NCBI GenBank assembly: GCA_963836745.1
Contig: CAWIKJ010000017.1
Span: 339,399-403,398, forward strand
Direction: 5' to 3'
Length of the DNA stretch: 64,000 nt
Source of the DNA: an uncultured Actinomycetota bacterium
Lineage (GTDB): Bacteria; Actinomycetota; Actinomycetes; Propionibacteriales; Nocardioidaceae
Each line of letters starts with the position of its first letter. The first letter of the stretch is position 1. Under the pieces are notes generated by a model, which was given only the letters and a program-made list of their open reading frames with translations, was not told the DNA's origin and ran no database searches. Positions 1 through 9,454 of the stretch are shown here, piece after piece. Position numbers and translations under genes: made by a program.

Positions 1-618
1 TCGACTTCGTGGTCAACAACGCCGGTCGCTCGATCCGGCGGTCACTGAAGCTGTCGCACGACCGCTTCCACGACTTCGAACGCACCATGCAGCTCAACTA
101 CTTCGGCGCGATCCGGCTGGTGATGGGCCTGGTCCCGGCGATGCGCGAGCAGCGACGCGGGCACATCGTCAACATCTCCTCGATCGGCGTGCAGACCAAC
201 CCGCCGCGGTTCTCGGCGTACGTCGCGTCGAAGGCGGCGCTCGACTCGTGGAGCAACGTGGTCGCCTCCGAGCTGGTCGGCGAGGGCATCACGTTCACCG
301 GCATCCACATGCCGCTGGTGCGGACGCCGATGATCGCGCCCGACCAAGCTCTACGACAAGTTCCCCACCATCAGCCCGGCGCAGGCCGCCGACCTGGTGA
401 TCAAGGCGATGGTCGAGCGTCCCCACGAGATCAACACGCTGCTCGGCAACGCCGGCGCCGTCGCCCACACCCTCGCCCCCAAGGCCGCCTTCCGGGTGCT
501 CAACATGGCCTACCACGTGTTCCCCGACTCCGCCGCCGCGAAGGGCGGCGACGCCGCCGGTGGTCGCGAGTCGGAGCAGATCATGCTGGCCCGGATGTTC
601 AAGGGCGTGCACTGGTAG
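1..618 (+). CDS. SDR family oxidoreductase, C-terminal part (5' end outside window; frameshift ~345)
   Basis: VVNNAG, NISS and catalytic YVASK (YxxxK) motifs; continues in ORF 397..618 to TAG. Confidence 0.85.
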
Positions 619-648
619 ACGAGCCGGCCGCCCGGACCGGGCACGAGA

Positions 649-680
649 AGGCCGCGTCCCCTGGCGGAGGAACGCGGCCT
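649..680. terminator. Hairpin between convergent genes
   Basis: AGGCCGCGT...ACGCGGCCT inverted repeat. Confidence 0.55.
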
Positions 681-709
681 GGTGGGTCGGCGCCGGTCGT
701 GGGGTGGGT

Positions 710-1150
710 CTATCGGTGCTGGGATGCCCTCTGCTCGGCGAGTCCGAGCTGAGCCATCATGGATCCGGTGTCGAAGTAGGTCTTCTGACTCTGGACCTTG
801 CCGTTCTTGAACTCCATGACGTCACAGAGCTGCAGGGTCAGCGACCGCCCGGTGGCCGGGATCGCACCCATGCTGGTCGCCAGGGTCCCCGTGTGGGTGC
901 CCTGACCAGTGAACTCGACCACCACGTGGTCGCCCGAGGCGATCACCCGGTCGACCGTCAAGCGTCCGTCCGGGAAACCGTCCGCCCACATCTTGTTGTA
1001 CGCCCGTGAGCCCTCGATGCCCTCGAACGTGTCGCCCGAGCCGACGATCGTGAGCGTTCCGTCGGGAGCTGTCGCTTCGGCGATCTCGTCGAAGTTCCGC
1101 TCGTTCCACGCCTCGTGCAGCCTGCGGGCGAGGGTTGCGTTGTCTGCCAT
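710..1150 (-). CDS. SnoaL-like ester cyclase / NTF2-fold protein
   Basis: ~146 aa; FPDGRLTVDRVIASGDHVVVEFTGQGTHTG...YFD motif; GGAGG RBS before ATG at 1150. Confidence 0.85.
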   Translation of the reverse strand: MADNATLARRLHEAWNERNFDEIAEATAPDGTLTIVGSGDTFEGIEGSRAYNKMWADGFPDGRLTVDRVIASGDHVVVEFTGQGTHTGTLATSMGAIPATGRSLTLQLCDVMEFKNGKVQSQKTYFDTGSMMAQLGLAEQRASQHR

Positions 1151-1296
1151 ATGTGCCTCCTCCTGGCGCCTGCCCACCATCGCCCAACGCTAGTGGCGGG
1201 CCCACGCGCCCACAACGGGACGAGAGGGTGGTTCGACGCCGTCCGATGGGGGCCCTAATATGGGGGGGCCCAGAGCGGGGGGCCAGGAGGAACGCG

Positions 1297-1521
1297 ATGT
1301 TCAGATCTCGCTACATGCCGTGCCAGGAGTGTGGGGGGTCCGTCGACCGGACCAGAGCCCCCGACCACGAGTGCTCGCCCGAGCGCCGGGCCGACTACCA
1401 GGCGTTCGGCCTCCGTCACGAGGTCGCGCAGCTGGAGTCCGCGGTCGGTCACTACCTGGCGTCGGCGGCGGGGCGGTTCGAGTCCTGGCTCGCCGCCCGG
1501 CAGGTGCGCGGCAGCTCCTGA
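1297..1521 (+). CDS. Small hypothetical protein with CxxC...HxC putative Zn site
   Basis: AGGAGG RBS; MFRSRYMPCQECGGSV...DHEC. Confidence 0.6.
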   Translation: MFRSRYMPCQECGGSVDRTRAPDHECSPERRADYQAFGLRHEVAQLESAVGHYLASAAGRFESWLAARQVRGSS

Positions 1522-1634
1522 CTGGGTGTCCCATGTCCCGGGTCATCGAGGCCCTGGGCGAAACGACTCTCATGCCTGCGGGCTCAGGCGGTCAGGTGGG
1601 CTGGTCCGGATTGCTCGGGGGCCACGTCAGGCTG

Positions 1635-1853
1635 TCAGTCGCTCCCCATCCCCGCCTCTTGCATCAGGATTTCCATCCCGAGCAACCACCACGGAGCCAT
1701 CGCGATCATCAGGACGATCAGGCCCACGATCAAGGTGATCCTGATCCCCCGTAGCTGGCTGATCAGCTCCATCTGCTCCTCGGTCCTCCGTAGCTGGCTG
1801 ATCAGCTTCTGCTCCTCGGTCTGCGAGTGCTGCGGATACGATTCGTCGCTCAT
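1635..1853 (-). CDS. Small single-pass membrane protein with internal tandem repeat
   Basis: TEEQKLISQLR / TEEQMELISQLR repeat, then a hydrophobic helix; GGGG RBS-like run. Confidence 0.5.
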   Translation of the reverse strand: MSDESYPQHSQTEEQKLISQLRRTEEQMELISQLRGIRITLIVGLIVLMIAMAPWWLLGMEILMQEAGMGSD

Positions 1854-1997
1854 CGATCCCCCTGTTCTGAGAACTCTCGGAAAGTCATCTGCGCATTCTG
1901 CCGCCTTATCGCGCGCCGGCACATGCGAGAACGAACGATGTGCAGTCATCAGTACGGCGTAGCGTGACCGCCCGATGCCGCGAACCCGAACCGCGCC

Positions 1998-2169
1998 TCA
2001 AGACAGGGCGACGGTTTCGGGCACATCGGTGCCGCTGAGGAAGAGCATGGCAAGTACAAGGAGCCCGGCAAGGACTACAACCACGGTCCCTACCACCATG
2101 AGCCACCGCCCGAGGCGACGGAAGTCGGAAGTCCGGGCTTGGCCCGCTGGTCCGGTCTTCGTTCGGCAT
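1998..2169 (-). CDS. Putative small membrane protein (needs one frameshift near 2140)
   Basis: Manual translation RRLGRWLMVVGTVVVVLAGLLVLAMLFLSGTDVPETVALS*. Confidence 0.4.
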
Positions 2170-2291
2170 TGGCGTCCAATCGAACAGGTTCTGTACCTGC
2201 CAGAGTCGGGTACGGAGCGCGGTCTGCAGCGAGCGTTGCGGGATCGTGACAGCGCACTCTCATGGCCGATGAGCAGACCGCCCGGTCGGAC

Positions 2292-2687
2292 TCACTCTTG
2301 GGGGCCGCCTCCCGGTCGAGCCAAGCGCTCGCGACTCAGATACCGAACCGGCTTGCCGAGCGACTCCGCGTAGGCAATCTCCCGCCGGGTTGACTCACCT
2401 ACGTAGCCGCCCGGATCCACGATGTACACCTCGTCAGCCATGCGAATCTTGTGGAAGTGCACGCCGCCGAGCCGCCCCTTCAGGTCCGAGCTGTCGGCTG
2501 TCCAGTCGTAGTCCGGCAGGTCGGGGAGGCTGAACATTCCGAGGCTGATCACGACGCAACCATCCATCGTGAGCCGCTGGTTGACCTCCGCGAACTCGGC
2601 CTCGAACTTGGTCGAGCCGCAGAGCGTGATGACCTTCGCCTCACCCTCGGCCGACTGAGGTGTCTGCTGGTTCTCCACAAGGTTCAT
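2292..2687 (-). CDS. Nucleoside 2-deoxyribosyltransferase-like (NDT-fold) hypothetical protein
   Basis: ITLCGSTKF...H..KIRMADEVYIVDPGGYVGESTRREIAYAESLGKPV pattern. Confidence 0.65.
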   Translation of the reverse strand: MNLVENQQTPQSAEGEAKVITLCGSTKFEAEFAEVNQRLTMDGCVVISLGMFSLPDLPDYDWTADSSDLKGRLGGVHFHKIRMADEVYIVDPGGYVGESTRREIAYAESLGKPVRYLSRERLARPGGGPQE

Positions 2688-2735
2688 GATCGGTGAACGA
2701 CAGGACGAGTCAATCGCCGCCCCCTGGACGCCGCG

Positions 2736-2808
2736 GCAGAAGCGTGCGTCGTAACGTCATACGAATCGTGGCCTATAGCGCTCGGGACGTATGACGTCCT
2801 GCCTCTGC
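2736..2808. repeat. Intergenic palindromic element
   Basis: ACGTCATACG (2754) / CGTATGACGT (2788) inverted repeat with outer GCAGA/TCTGC arms. Confidence 0.55.
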
Positions 2809-2821
2809 AGGGCGAAGCGGC

Positions 2822-4099
2822 TCAGCCGGTCTCGACCGGCCGCGACGGGTCGGTCACCCACTCCGACCACGAGCCCGGGTAGAGCGCCGCGCGGACGCCG
2901 GCCAGCTCCAGGGCGAGCACGTCGTGGCAGGCGGTGACCCCGCTGCCGCAGTACGCCGCCACGTCGACGCCGGGCACAGCGCCGACCTCTGCGTAGACCG
3001 ACCTCAGCTCGTGTGCGTCGCGGAAGTGACCGTGGTTGTCGAGGTTGAGGGCGGTCGGGACGTTGACCGCGCCCGGGACGCGCCCGGCGACCGGGTCGAT
3101 CGGCTCCGTCTCCCCGCGGTAGCGCTCGGCGGCGCGGGCATCGACCACCACCTCGACGTCGAGGAGGTCCGCCGCGGCCACCACGGGCATCCGACCCGGT
3201 CCGCCCGCGAAGTCGCCGAGCGCGGGCCTCACCGACTCCGTGGACACCTCACCCCCGGCGGCCCGCCACGCCGACCAGCCGCCGTCGAGCACGCGCACGT
3301 CCGGGTGACCGTGGTGGCGCAGCAGCCACCAGGCCCTGGCGGCGGCCTGGCCGGCCCAGTCGTCGTACGCCACGACCGGTCGTGAGGTGGAGACCCCGGC
3401 GCGGGCCATCGCTTCCTCGAACCGTCCGGGCGAGGGCAACGGGTGGCGCCCGCCCGGCCCGGGCGGCCCCGCCAGGTCACCGTCGAGGTCGACGTACACC
3501 GCCCCCGGCACGTGACCGGCCGCGTAGTCGTCGGCACCCGGTGGCCCACCCGTCCGGTAGCGGACGTCCAGCACCGTGACCGACCCGAGCAGCTGCGCCA
3601 GCTCTGCCACCGACACCAGCGGCGACACGTGCTTGACGTAGCGGTGGCACGGCACGACGACCTGCCCGGAGCCCACCGGCGCCGGGTGGGAGAACAGCCC
3701 TTCGTCGCGCCAGCCCTGCCGCTCGTAGAACCGACGGGCCGTGGCGTTGCCCGGCACCACGGCGAGCCACGCCTCCTGGTGCCCACCGGCCAGCACCCGT
3801 CGTTCCGCCTCGGCCAGCAGCACGGAGGCGGCCCCTGACCCGCGGTGTCCGAGGGCCACGTAGACCTGGTCGACCTCGTCGTCGGCGACCATCACGAAGC
3901 CGACCACCTCGCCCGCGACCTCGGCGACCGCGGTGTCGGCCACCCGCTCCAGCGCGCGGTCGTCGAAGGAGGTGCGGGTCCGGGCCTCCACCAGCTCGTC
4001 GGGGACCTGGCCGAGGTGGGCGTCGCGCCACCCGGCGTACCAGATCGCGGCGACGGCCGGAGCGTCGTGAGGTCTCGCCGGCCGAACGATCGTGTCCAC
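2822..4099 (-). CDS. GNAT acetyltransferase fused in frame to a two-domain rhodanese (SseA-like sulfurtransferase)
   Basis: GNAT motifs (VDQVYV...RGSG, NATARRFYERQGW), then GHVPGA, GRHPLP, catalytic YCGSGVTA and YPGSWSEW. Confidence 0.85.
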   Translation of the reverse strand: MDTIVRPARPHDAPAVAAIWYAGWRDAHLGQVPDELVEARTRTSFDDRALERVADTAVAEVAGEVVGFVMVADDEVDQVYVALGHRGSGAASVLLAEAERRVLAGGHQEAWLAVVPGNATARRFYERQGWRDEGLFSHPAPVGSGQVVVPCHRYVKHVSPLVSVAELAQLLGSVTVLDVRYRTGGPPGADDYAAGHVPGAVYVDLDGDLAGPPGPGGRHPLPSPGRFEEAMARAGVSTSRPVVAYDDWAGQAAARAWWLLRHHGHPDVRVLDGGWSAWRAAGGEVSTESVRPALGDFAGGPGRMPVVAAADLLDVEVVVDARAAERYRGETEPIDPVAGRVPGAVNVPTALNLDNHGHFRDAHELRSVYAEVGAVPGVDVAAYCGSGVTACHDVLALELAGVRAALYPGSWSEWVTDPSRPVETG

Positions 4100-4103
4100 G
4101 TCG

Positions 4104-4922
4104 TCAGTCTGCCAGCCGCGCAAGCAGGCGCAGCGCGTCGTGGGGCGCGTGACCGTGGGCATCGTTGTCGAAGTAGACGTGCACGTCCTGGGTCCTGACC
4201 CACGTGCGCAGTCTCTCCGCCCACGCGTCGAGCGCCGGGTCGCCGTAGCCGCTGGTGTAGAGCTGGGCGTCACCGTGCAGCCGCACGTAGCGGAAGTCCG
4301 CCGTGTCACGCTCGACCTGCGGCCACCGTCCCGCCGTGTCCGCCCAGACGCAGGCCACGCCGTGGTCTGCCAGCTGCTCGTGGAGCCGCGGGTCGTCGAA
4401 GCTCGGACTGCGGAACTCGAGCGCGTGCCGCAACGGCCGGTCCGCGTCGGCCTCCACCCAGGCGCGGTCCCGGGGCACCCGCTCGTCGTGGCGGGACGCG
4501 ACAGCGGCCGCCTCCAGCGTCGTCCGCGGCAGCAGGTCGAGGAAGCGGCCCATCACGTCCTGGTCGTAGGTCAGGCGCTCGGGCAGCTGCCACAGGAACG
4601 GCCCGAGCTTCTGGCCCAGCGCGAGCACACCCGAGGCGAAGAAGTTGGCCATCGGCTGTTCCACGTCGACGAGCCGCTTGAGGTGGGTGATGAACCGGCT
4701 CCCCTTCACGGCCAGCACGAAGTCCGGCGGCGTCTGGTCGTGCCAGGCCCGGTACGACGACGGTCGTTGCAGCGAGTAGAAGGAACCGTTCAGCTCCACC
4801 GACGACATCCGTTCCGCGGCGTACTCGAGCTCGCGTCGCTGCGGCAGTCCGGCGGGGTAGAAGTCGCCGCGCCACCGGGGGTAGCTCCACCCCGACACCC
4901 CCACCAGGAACCGTCCGGTCAT
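4104..4922 (-). CDS. DUF72 domain protein
   Basis: GVSGWSY, VELNGSFY, KGSRFITH, LWQLP, YVRLHG, YFDND motifs. Confidence 0.9.
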   Translation of the reverse strand: MTGRFLVGVSGWSYPRWRGDFYPAGLPQRRELEYAAERMSSVELNGSFYSLQRPSSYRAWHDQTPPDFVLAVKGSRFITHLKRLVDVEQPMANFFASGVLALGQKLGPFLWQLPERLTYDQDVMGRFLDLLPRTTLEAAAVASRHDERVPRDRAWVEADADRPLRHALEFRSPSFDDPRLHEQLADHGVACVWADTAGRWPQVERDTADFRYVRLHGDAQLYTSGYGDPALDAWAERLRTWVRTQDVHVYFDNDAHGHAPHDALRLLARLAD

Positions 4923-4965
4923 GCCCCCCACCCTGCACCGCCGTCGCATGACAGGATGACGCCCC

Positions 4966-5620
4966 GTGGCTGAACTGCACTTCTTCACCGGCACCATGGA
5001 CTCGGGCAAGAGCACGCTCGCCCTGCAGACCAACCACAACCACGCGGCGCGGGGCCGGGTCGGGCGGATCTTCACCACCCACGACCGCGCCGGCGAGGCG
5101 TTGCTCTCCAGTCGGCTCGGACTCACCCACGACGCGCTCGAGGTCAGGGCCGACTTCGACTTCTGGCGCTACGTCGTCGACAGCCTGACCCGGGGCGGGC
5201 GGATCGACTACCTGATCTGCGACGAGGCCCAGTTCTACGGCCGGGACCAGATCGACCAGCTCGCCAAGGTCGTCGACGAGCTCCAGATCGACGTCTTCAC
5301 CTTCGGCATCCTCACCGACTTCCGCAGCTCGATGTTCGAGGGCAGCGCCCGGCTCGTCGAGCTGGCCGACCGGGTGCACATGCTGCAGGTCGAGGCGTTG
5401 TGCTGGTGCGGCAAGCGGGCGACCCACAACGCACGCACCGAGAACGGCGTCATGGTGACCGAGGGCGAGGTCATCGTGGTCGGCGACGTGGAGTCCGGCC
5501 GACGAACCACCGGCCGACGTCGCCTACGAGGTCCTCTGCCGCCAGCACCACCGCCGCCGCCTCACCGCGGCCCGGGCCAAGGCGGTCAGCCTCGCGCCCG
5601 AACCGTTGCCGTTCGGATGA
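4966..5620 (+). CDS. tdk: Thymidine kinase (frameshift ~5500)
   Basis: GTMDSGKST P-loop, CDEAQF, GILTDF, CWCG Zn motif; the YEVLCRQHH C-terminus is in the shifted frame. Confidence 0.9.
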
Positions 5621-5747
5621 CCGGCACGGGTCTAGACCTCCCCACGAGGGTGATTGAGCATCGGGGACGACTCAAGGATCCTTCGACCCAGACATGGAGC
5701 ATCCGTGCGCGACCAGGTCGCGTCGTATCGAGTTTGGGGGACACCTC

Positions 5748-6221
5748 GTGAGATCCACCTACCGTTTCCTGGCCTTTGCCATCGCCGCACTCGTCGTCGT
5801 CCAGGCCGGTGCCATCGCCTGGGCCTTCTTCGGCCTCTCCAACGAGATCGACCAGAACGGCCTGGTGATCAACAAGGCCTGCCTCGAGAGCGATGACGGT
5901 TGTGGCGGCGGGTTCACCGCCGAGTGGGGGTTCGCGATCCACATGTTCTTCAACGGACTCGTCCTGATCCCGCTGACCTCCCTGGTCCTGCTGATCGTGT
6001 CGTTCTTCGCCAAGGTCCCGGGCGGCGCGAAGTACGCCGGGATCCTCTTCCTGCTCGTCGTCCTGCAGGTGATCGTGCTGCCGATGCTGTCCCGCGAGGC
6101 CGGGTCGGGCTTCGGCGCGCTGCACGGCGTCAACGCACTGGTGCTGATGGGGGTCGCCATCATGGCCGGCCAGCGCGCCAGGACGGTCGCCCCCGCGACC
6201 GCCGAGTCCGTTCCTGCCTGA
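5748..6221 (+). CDS. Four-helix membrane protein with conserved His residues
   Basis: Hydrophobic segments, FAIH and GALHGVNAL; directly upstream of a multicopper oxidase. Confidence 0.7.
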   Translation: MRSTYRFLAFAIAALVVVQAGAIAWAFFGLSNEIDQNGLVINKACLESDDGCGGGFTAEWGFAIHMFFNGLVLIPLTSLVLLIVSFFAKVPGGAKYAGILFLLVVLQVIVLPMLSREAGSGFGALHGVNALVLMGVAIMAGQRARTVAPATAESVPA

Positions 6222-6223
6222 GG

Positions 6224-7660
6224 GTGACCTCGCGCAGCCGCTGGCGGCTGTGGCTGGCAGTCGCCGCCACGGCCGCCATCGTGCTGCCCCTCGGCTGGAT
6301 GTGGCAGGCCAGCCGGCTGCCGGACAGCTACGACCTGGCGGCGATGGGCTACCCCGACTGGGGAGGCGGGCCCGAGGGCGGGCACGACCACCACGACGGC
6401 GTACCGGTGGCCTCCCTGACCGCGGACCCCGAGGCGCCCGCTGACGTCCGCGCGACGCTCACGGTGCGCCGGGAGTCCGACGGTGGCTTCACGGTGAACG
6501 GCGAGTCCCCCGGGCCACTCCTGGAGGCCGCCGTCGGTGACCTGGTCGAGGTGACCCTGGTCAACGACAACGTCACCGAGGGCACCACGCTCCACTGGCA
6601 CGGCATCGACGTGCCCAACGCCGCCGACGGCGTCGCGGGCGTGACCCAGGACGCGGTCGGGCCGGGCGAGGAGTTCGTCTACCGGTTCGTCGTGGACCAG
6701 CCCGGCACGTTCTGGTACCACTCCCACCAGGTCTCCCACGAGCAGGTCCGGCGCGGCCTGCTCGGAGGCGTGGTCGTGCACCCCGCCGGGCGCGACCCCG
6801 ACCAGCTGGAGCAGGTCGCGCTGCTGCACGAGTACGACGACGGCCCCTCCCTCAACGGGGCGGCGGGGGTCACGCCCGTCGACGCCGAACCTGGTCAACG
6901 GGTGCGGGTGCGGGTCATCAACACCGACAACGGAGAGACCCGCGCCTGGGTGACCGGCGCCTCCTACGAGGTCCTCGCGGTCGACGGCACCGAGCTCAAC
7001 GACCCGGGACCCGTGGAGGACCGGGCAGTCGTCGTCCCCGCCGGAGGCCGCGTCGACCTCGGTCTGGTGGTCCCCGAGGGTGGCGCCCGCGTCGACTTCG
7101 GCGGCACCACCGCCCTGGCGATCGGCGGCGACCCCACCGACGGCGGCCAGGCGTCGCCGCCGGAGGCCGAGCTCGACCTGCTGTCCTACGGCGAGCCGTC
7201 CGAGCTGGGCTTCGACCCGGAGCAGGCCGACCGGCGCTTCGACTACCGGATCGGCAAGCGACCCGGCTTCCTCGACGGTCGCCCCGGGATGTGGTGGACC
7301 GTCAACGGCCACCTGTTCCCCGACGTCCCGATGTTCATGGTCGAGGAGGGCGACGTCGTGGTCTTCGAGATCGAGAACAACAGCGACGACGCCCACCCGA
7401 TGCACCTGCACGGCCACCACGCGGTGGTGCTGTCCCGCGACGGCGAGCCGGCGACCGGGTCCCCGTGGTGGGTCGACTCCCTCGAGGTGAAGACCGGTGA
7501 GTCCTACGAGATCGCCTTCGTCGCCGACAACCCCGGGCTCTGGATGGACCACTGCCACAACCTGCCGCACGCCGCCGAGGGGCTGGTCGCCCACCTGATG
7601 TACACCGGGGTCCGCTCGTCGTACGAGGTGGGCGGGTCGCACGACAACGAGCCCGAGTGA
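6224..7660 (+). CDS. Multicopper oxidase (N-terminal anchor/signal)
   Basis: HWHG, WYHSH, HPMHLHGH, HCHNLPH copper motifs. Confidence 0.92.
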   Translation: MTSRSRWRLWLAVAATAAIVLPLGWMWQASRLPDSYDLAAMGYPDWGGGPEGGHDHHDGVPVASLTADPEAPADVRATLTVRRESDGGFTVNGESPGPLLEAAVGDLVEVTLVNDNVTEGTTLHWHGIDVPNAADGVAGVTQDAVGPGEEFVYRFVVDQPGTFWYHSHQVSHEQVRRGLLGGVVVHPAGRDPDQLEQVALLHEYDDGPSLNGAAGVTPVDAEPGQRVRVRVINTDNGETRAWVTGASYEVLAVDGTELNDPGPVEDRAVVVPAGGRVDLGLVVPEGGARVDFGGTTALAIGGDPTDGGQASPPEAELDLLSYGEPSELGFDPEQADRRFDYRIGKRPGFLDGRPGMWWTVNGHLFPDVPMFMVEEGDVVVFEIENNSDDAHPMHLHGHHAVVLSRDGEPATGSPWWVDSLEVKTGESYEIAFVADNPGLWMDHCHNLPHAAEGLVAHLMYTGVRSSYEVGGSHDNEPE

Positions 7661-8210
7661 CCCCGGAGCCCTCCCTCCGAGGCGTACCTGCGGCGAAGAT
7701 GCTCCAGAGTCTTCGCCTCCACCCACAACGTGAAGATGGTGGTCGTCTCCATCGGCGGCAACGACTTCAACTTCGCCGACATCGTCACGCAGTGCGTAGA
7801 CCAACTGGGCGTCGTCCACCCACCTGGGCCAAGAACTACTGCAACGACGACAGCTCGGTGACCGCGAACTTCACCGCGGCCAACGTCGCCGCCGTCCGCG
7901 CCCGCATCGCCGAAGGTCGCTGCCGCAACGTGCAGACCGCGATGCGCAACGCCGGCTACGCCGACACCTCCTGGACCGCGCTGGTGCAGACCTACCCGCT
8001 CGCCGATCCCGCACGGCGGCGGGTTCCGCTACGGCGAGAGCGGCTACACGCGGCAGAGCACCGGCGGCTGCGGCTTCTGGAACGCCGACGCCAACTGGGC
8101 CAACGACTCCGCCTGACCACGATCAACAACACCGTGCGCGGCGCCGTAGACCGACTCAGGGCTGCCCGAACACGAAGATCCTCGACCTCGGCGACGGCCT
8201 TCAACGACTA
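7661..8210 (+). pseudogene. Internal fragment of a secreted SGNH/GDSL hydrolase
   Basis: Stitched frames read VKMVVVSIGGNDFNFADIVTQC...QTYPSPIP...GGCGFWNADANWAN; no GDS(L) N-terminus or catalytic HP seen; many indels. Confidence 0.55.
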
Positions 8211-8218
8211 GGAGCAGC

Positions 8219-8308
8219 TCGAGTCGCGCCCCCGCGGCGGTTCAGTCGCGGAGGCGCGGCGGTGCCCGTGCCGGACACGCGACTCGACGCCACGGATGCG
8301 CGACTCAA
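8219..8308. repeat. Nested palindromic element between convergent genes
   Basis: TCGAGTCGCG (8219) and TTCAGTCGCG (8241), then inverted CGCGACTCGA (8278) and CGCGACTCAA (8299). Confidence 0.55.
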
Positions 8309-8317
8309 CCCCGACGG

Positions 8318-9454
8318 TCAGGCCACCACGACCGGGACCAGCATCTCGGCGGGGGTGAGCGAGCCGTGGAGCCCCACGAGCCTCGCCTCGTAGGGGAACG
8401 CGGAGATCGAGAGCAGCGCGGTGTCCCCGGTGCAGGCGACGACGACGTCGCCGAGCCGGGGGCGCACCCGCGGGTCGACCTCGCCGAACCAGCCACGCCC
8501 GATCGCCTCGTCGCGCGTGAGCACCACCGCCCGGTCGCCCAACGTCGCTCGCCAGGTGGCCACGACGTCGTCGAGGGCGCCACGCGAGGCGTAGAGGTGC
8601 CGGAACCGGGCCTCGCCGCCGACCAGGACCAGCCCGTCGCCCAGCTCGTGGTGGTCGTCGATGTCGATCCGGCCCTCGGGCGTGGCGTCGATCATCCCGT
8701 GGTCGGCCACGACGAGGAGCCGGACGGCGGCGGGCAGCGCCTCGCGCAGCTGCTCGGCCTCGGCGTCGACCATCGCGAGCTGCTGCAGCCACTGGCTGGA
8801 CGACACCCCGAACCGGTGGCCGGTCCAGTCGAGGTCTCCGTCGTACACGTAGGTCAGCGACGGCCGGGCACGCGAGGCCTCCACGGTCGCCGCGATCCGC
8901 TCGCCGACCCGGTCGGCCCCGACGTAGTCCGCACCGCGCTGCGACGCGATCGTCAGGCCGCTGGCGTGGAACTCGCGCTTGTTGACCGTCGTGACCGTCA
9001 CGCCGAGGCGGGCCAGCCGCGTGAACGTCGTGTCGTGCGGCTGCCACTCGACCGGGTCGATCGTCTTGTCCCACTGGAGCGCGTTGAGCAGCCGGTCGGT
9101 GCCGGGCACGCGCGAGGTGAACCCGACCAGGCCGTGCGCGCCGGGCGGCAGGCCGGTGCCGAGCGACGTGAGGCTGGTGGCCGTCGTGGAGGGGACGCCG
9201 GCGGTGAGGGTCCGCCGCTCGTCCCACAGGCTGCTGAGGAACGGCGCGGCGTGCGCGTGCCGGGTCAGGAGCTGCGCACCGAGCCCGTCGACCAGGAACA
9301 CGACGTACGACGGCGCGTCGGGCAGGGCCAGGTCGGTCGGCGGGTCACCGAGCGGACGGCCCAGCGCGGCCGCGACCGCCGGGATGACGTCCGCCAGCGA
9401 CCGGGAGCCGTACGCCGGCTCGACGAACCCGCTGCCGGTGCCCGGGGAGGTCAC
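8318..9454 (-). CDS. Alkaline phosphatase / nucleotide pyrophosphatase family protein
   Basis: LVDGLG, PSTTATSL, DLDWTGH, VADHGM, GLHGSLT motifs. Confidence 0.88.
   Translation of the reverse strand: MTSPGTGSGFVEPAYGSRSLADVIPAVAAALGRPLGDPPTDLALPDAPSYVVFLVDGLGAQLLTRHAHAAPFLSSLWDERRTLTAGVPSTTATSLTSLGTGLPPGAHGLVGFTSRVPGTDRLLNALQWDKTIDPVEWQPHDTTFTRLARLGVTVTTVNKREFHASGLTIASQRGADYVGADRVGERIAATVEASRARPSLTYVYDGDLDWTGHRFGVSSSQWLQQLAMVDAEAEQLREALPAAVRLLVVADHGMIDATPEGRIDIDDHHELGDGLVLVGGEARFRHLYASRGALDDVVATWRATLGDRAVVLTRDEAIGRGWFGEVDPRVRPRLGDVVVACTGDTALLSISAFPYEARLVGLHGSLTPAEMLVPVVVA

Noticed and set aside
1790-1820. EEQKLIS resembles the c-Myc epitope tag
   Set aside because: The match ends after EQKLIS and there is no vector context; coincidence
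2180-2195. TCGAACAGGTTC as a LexA box
   Set aside because: The spacer is 2 nt rather than the required GAAC-N4-GTTC
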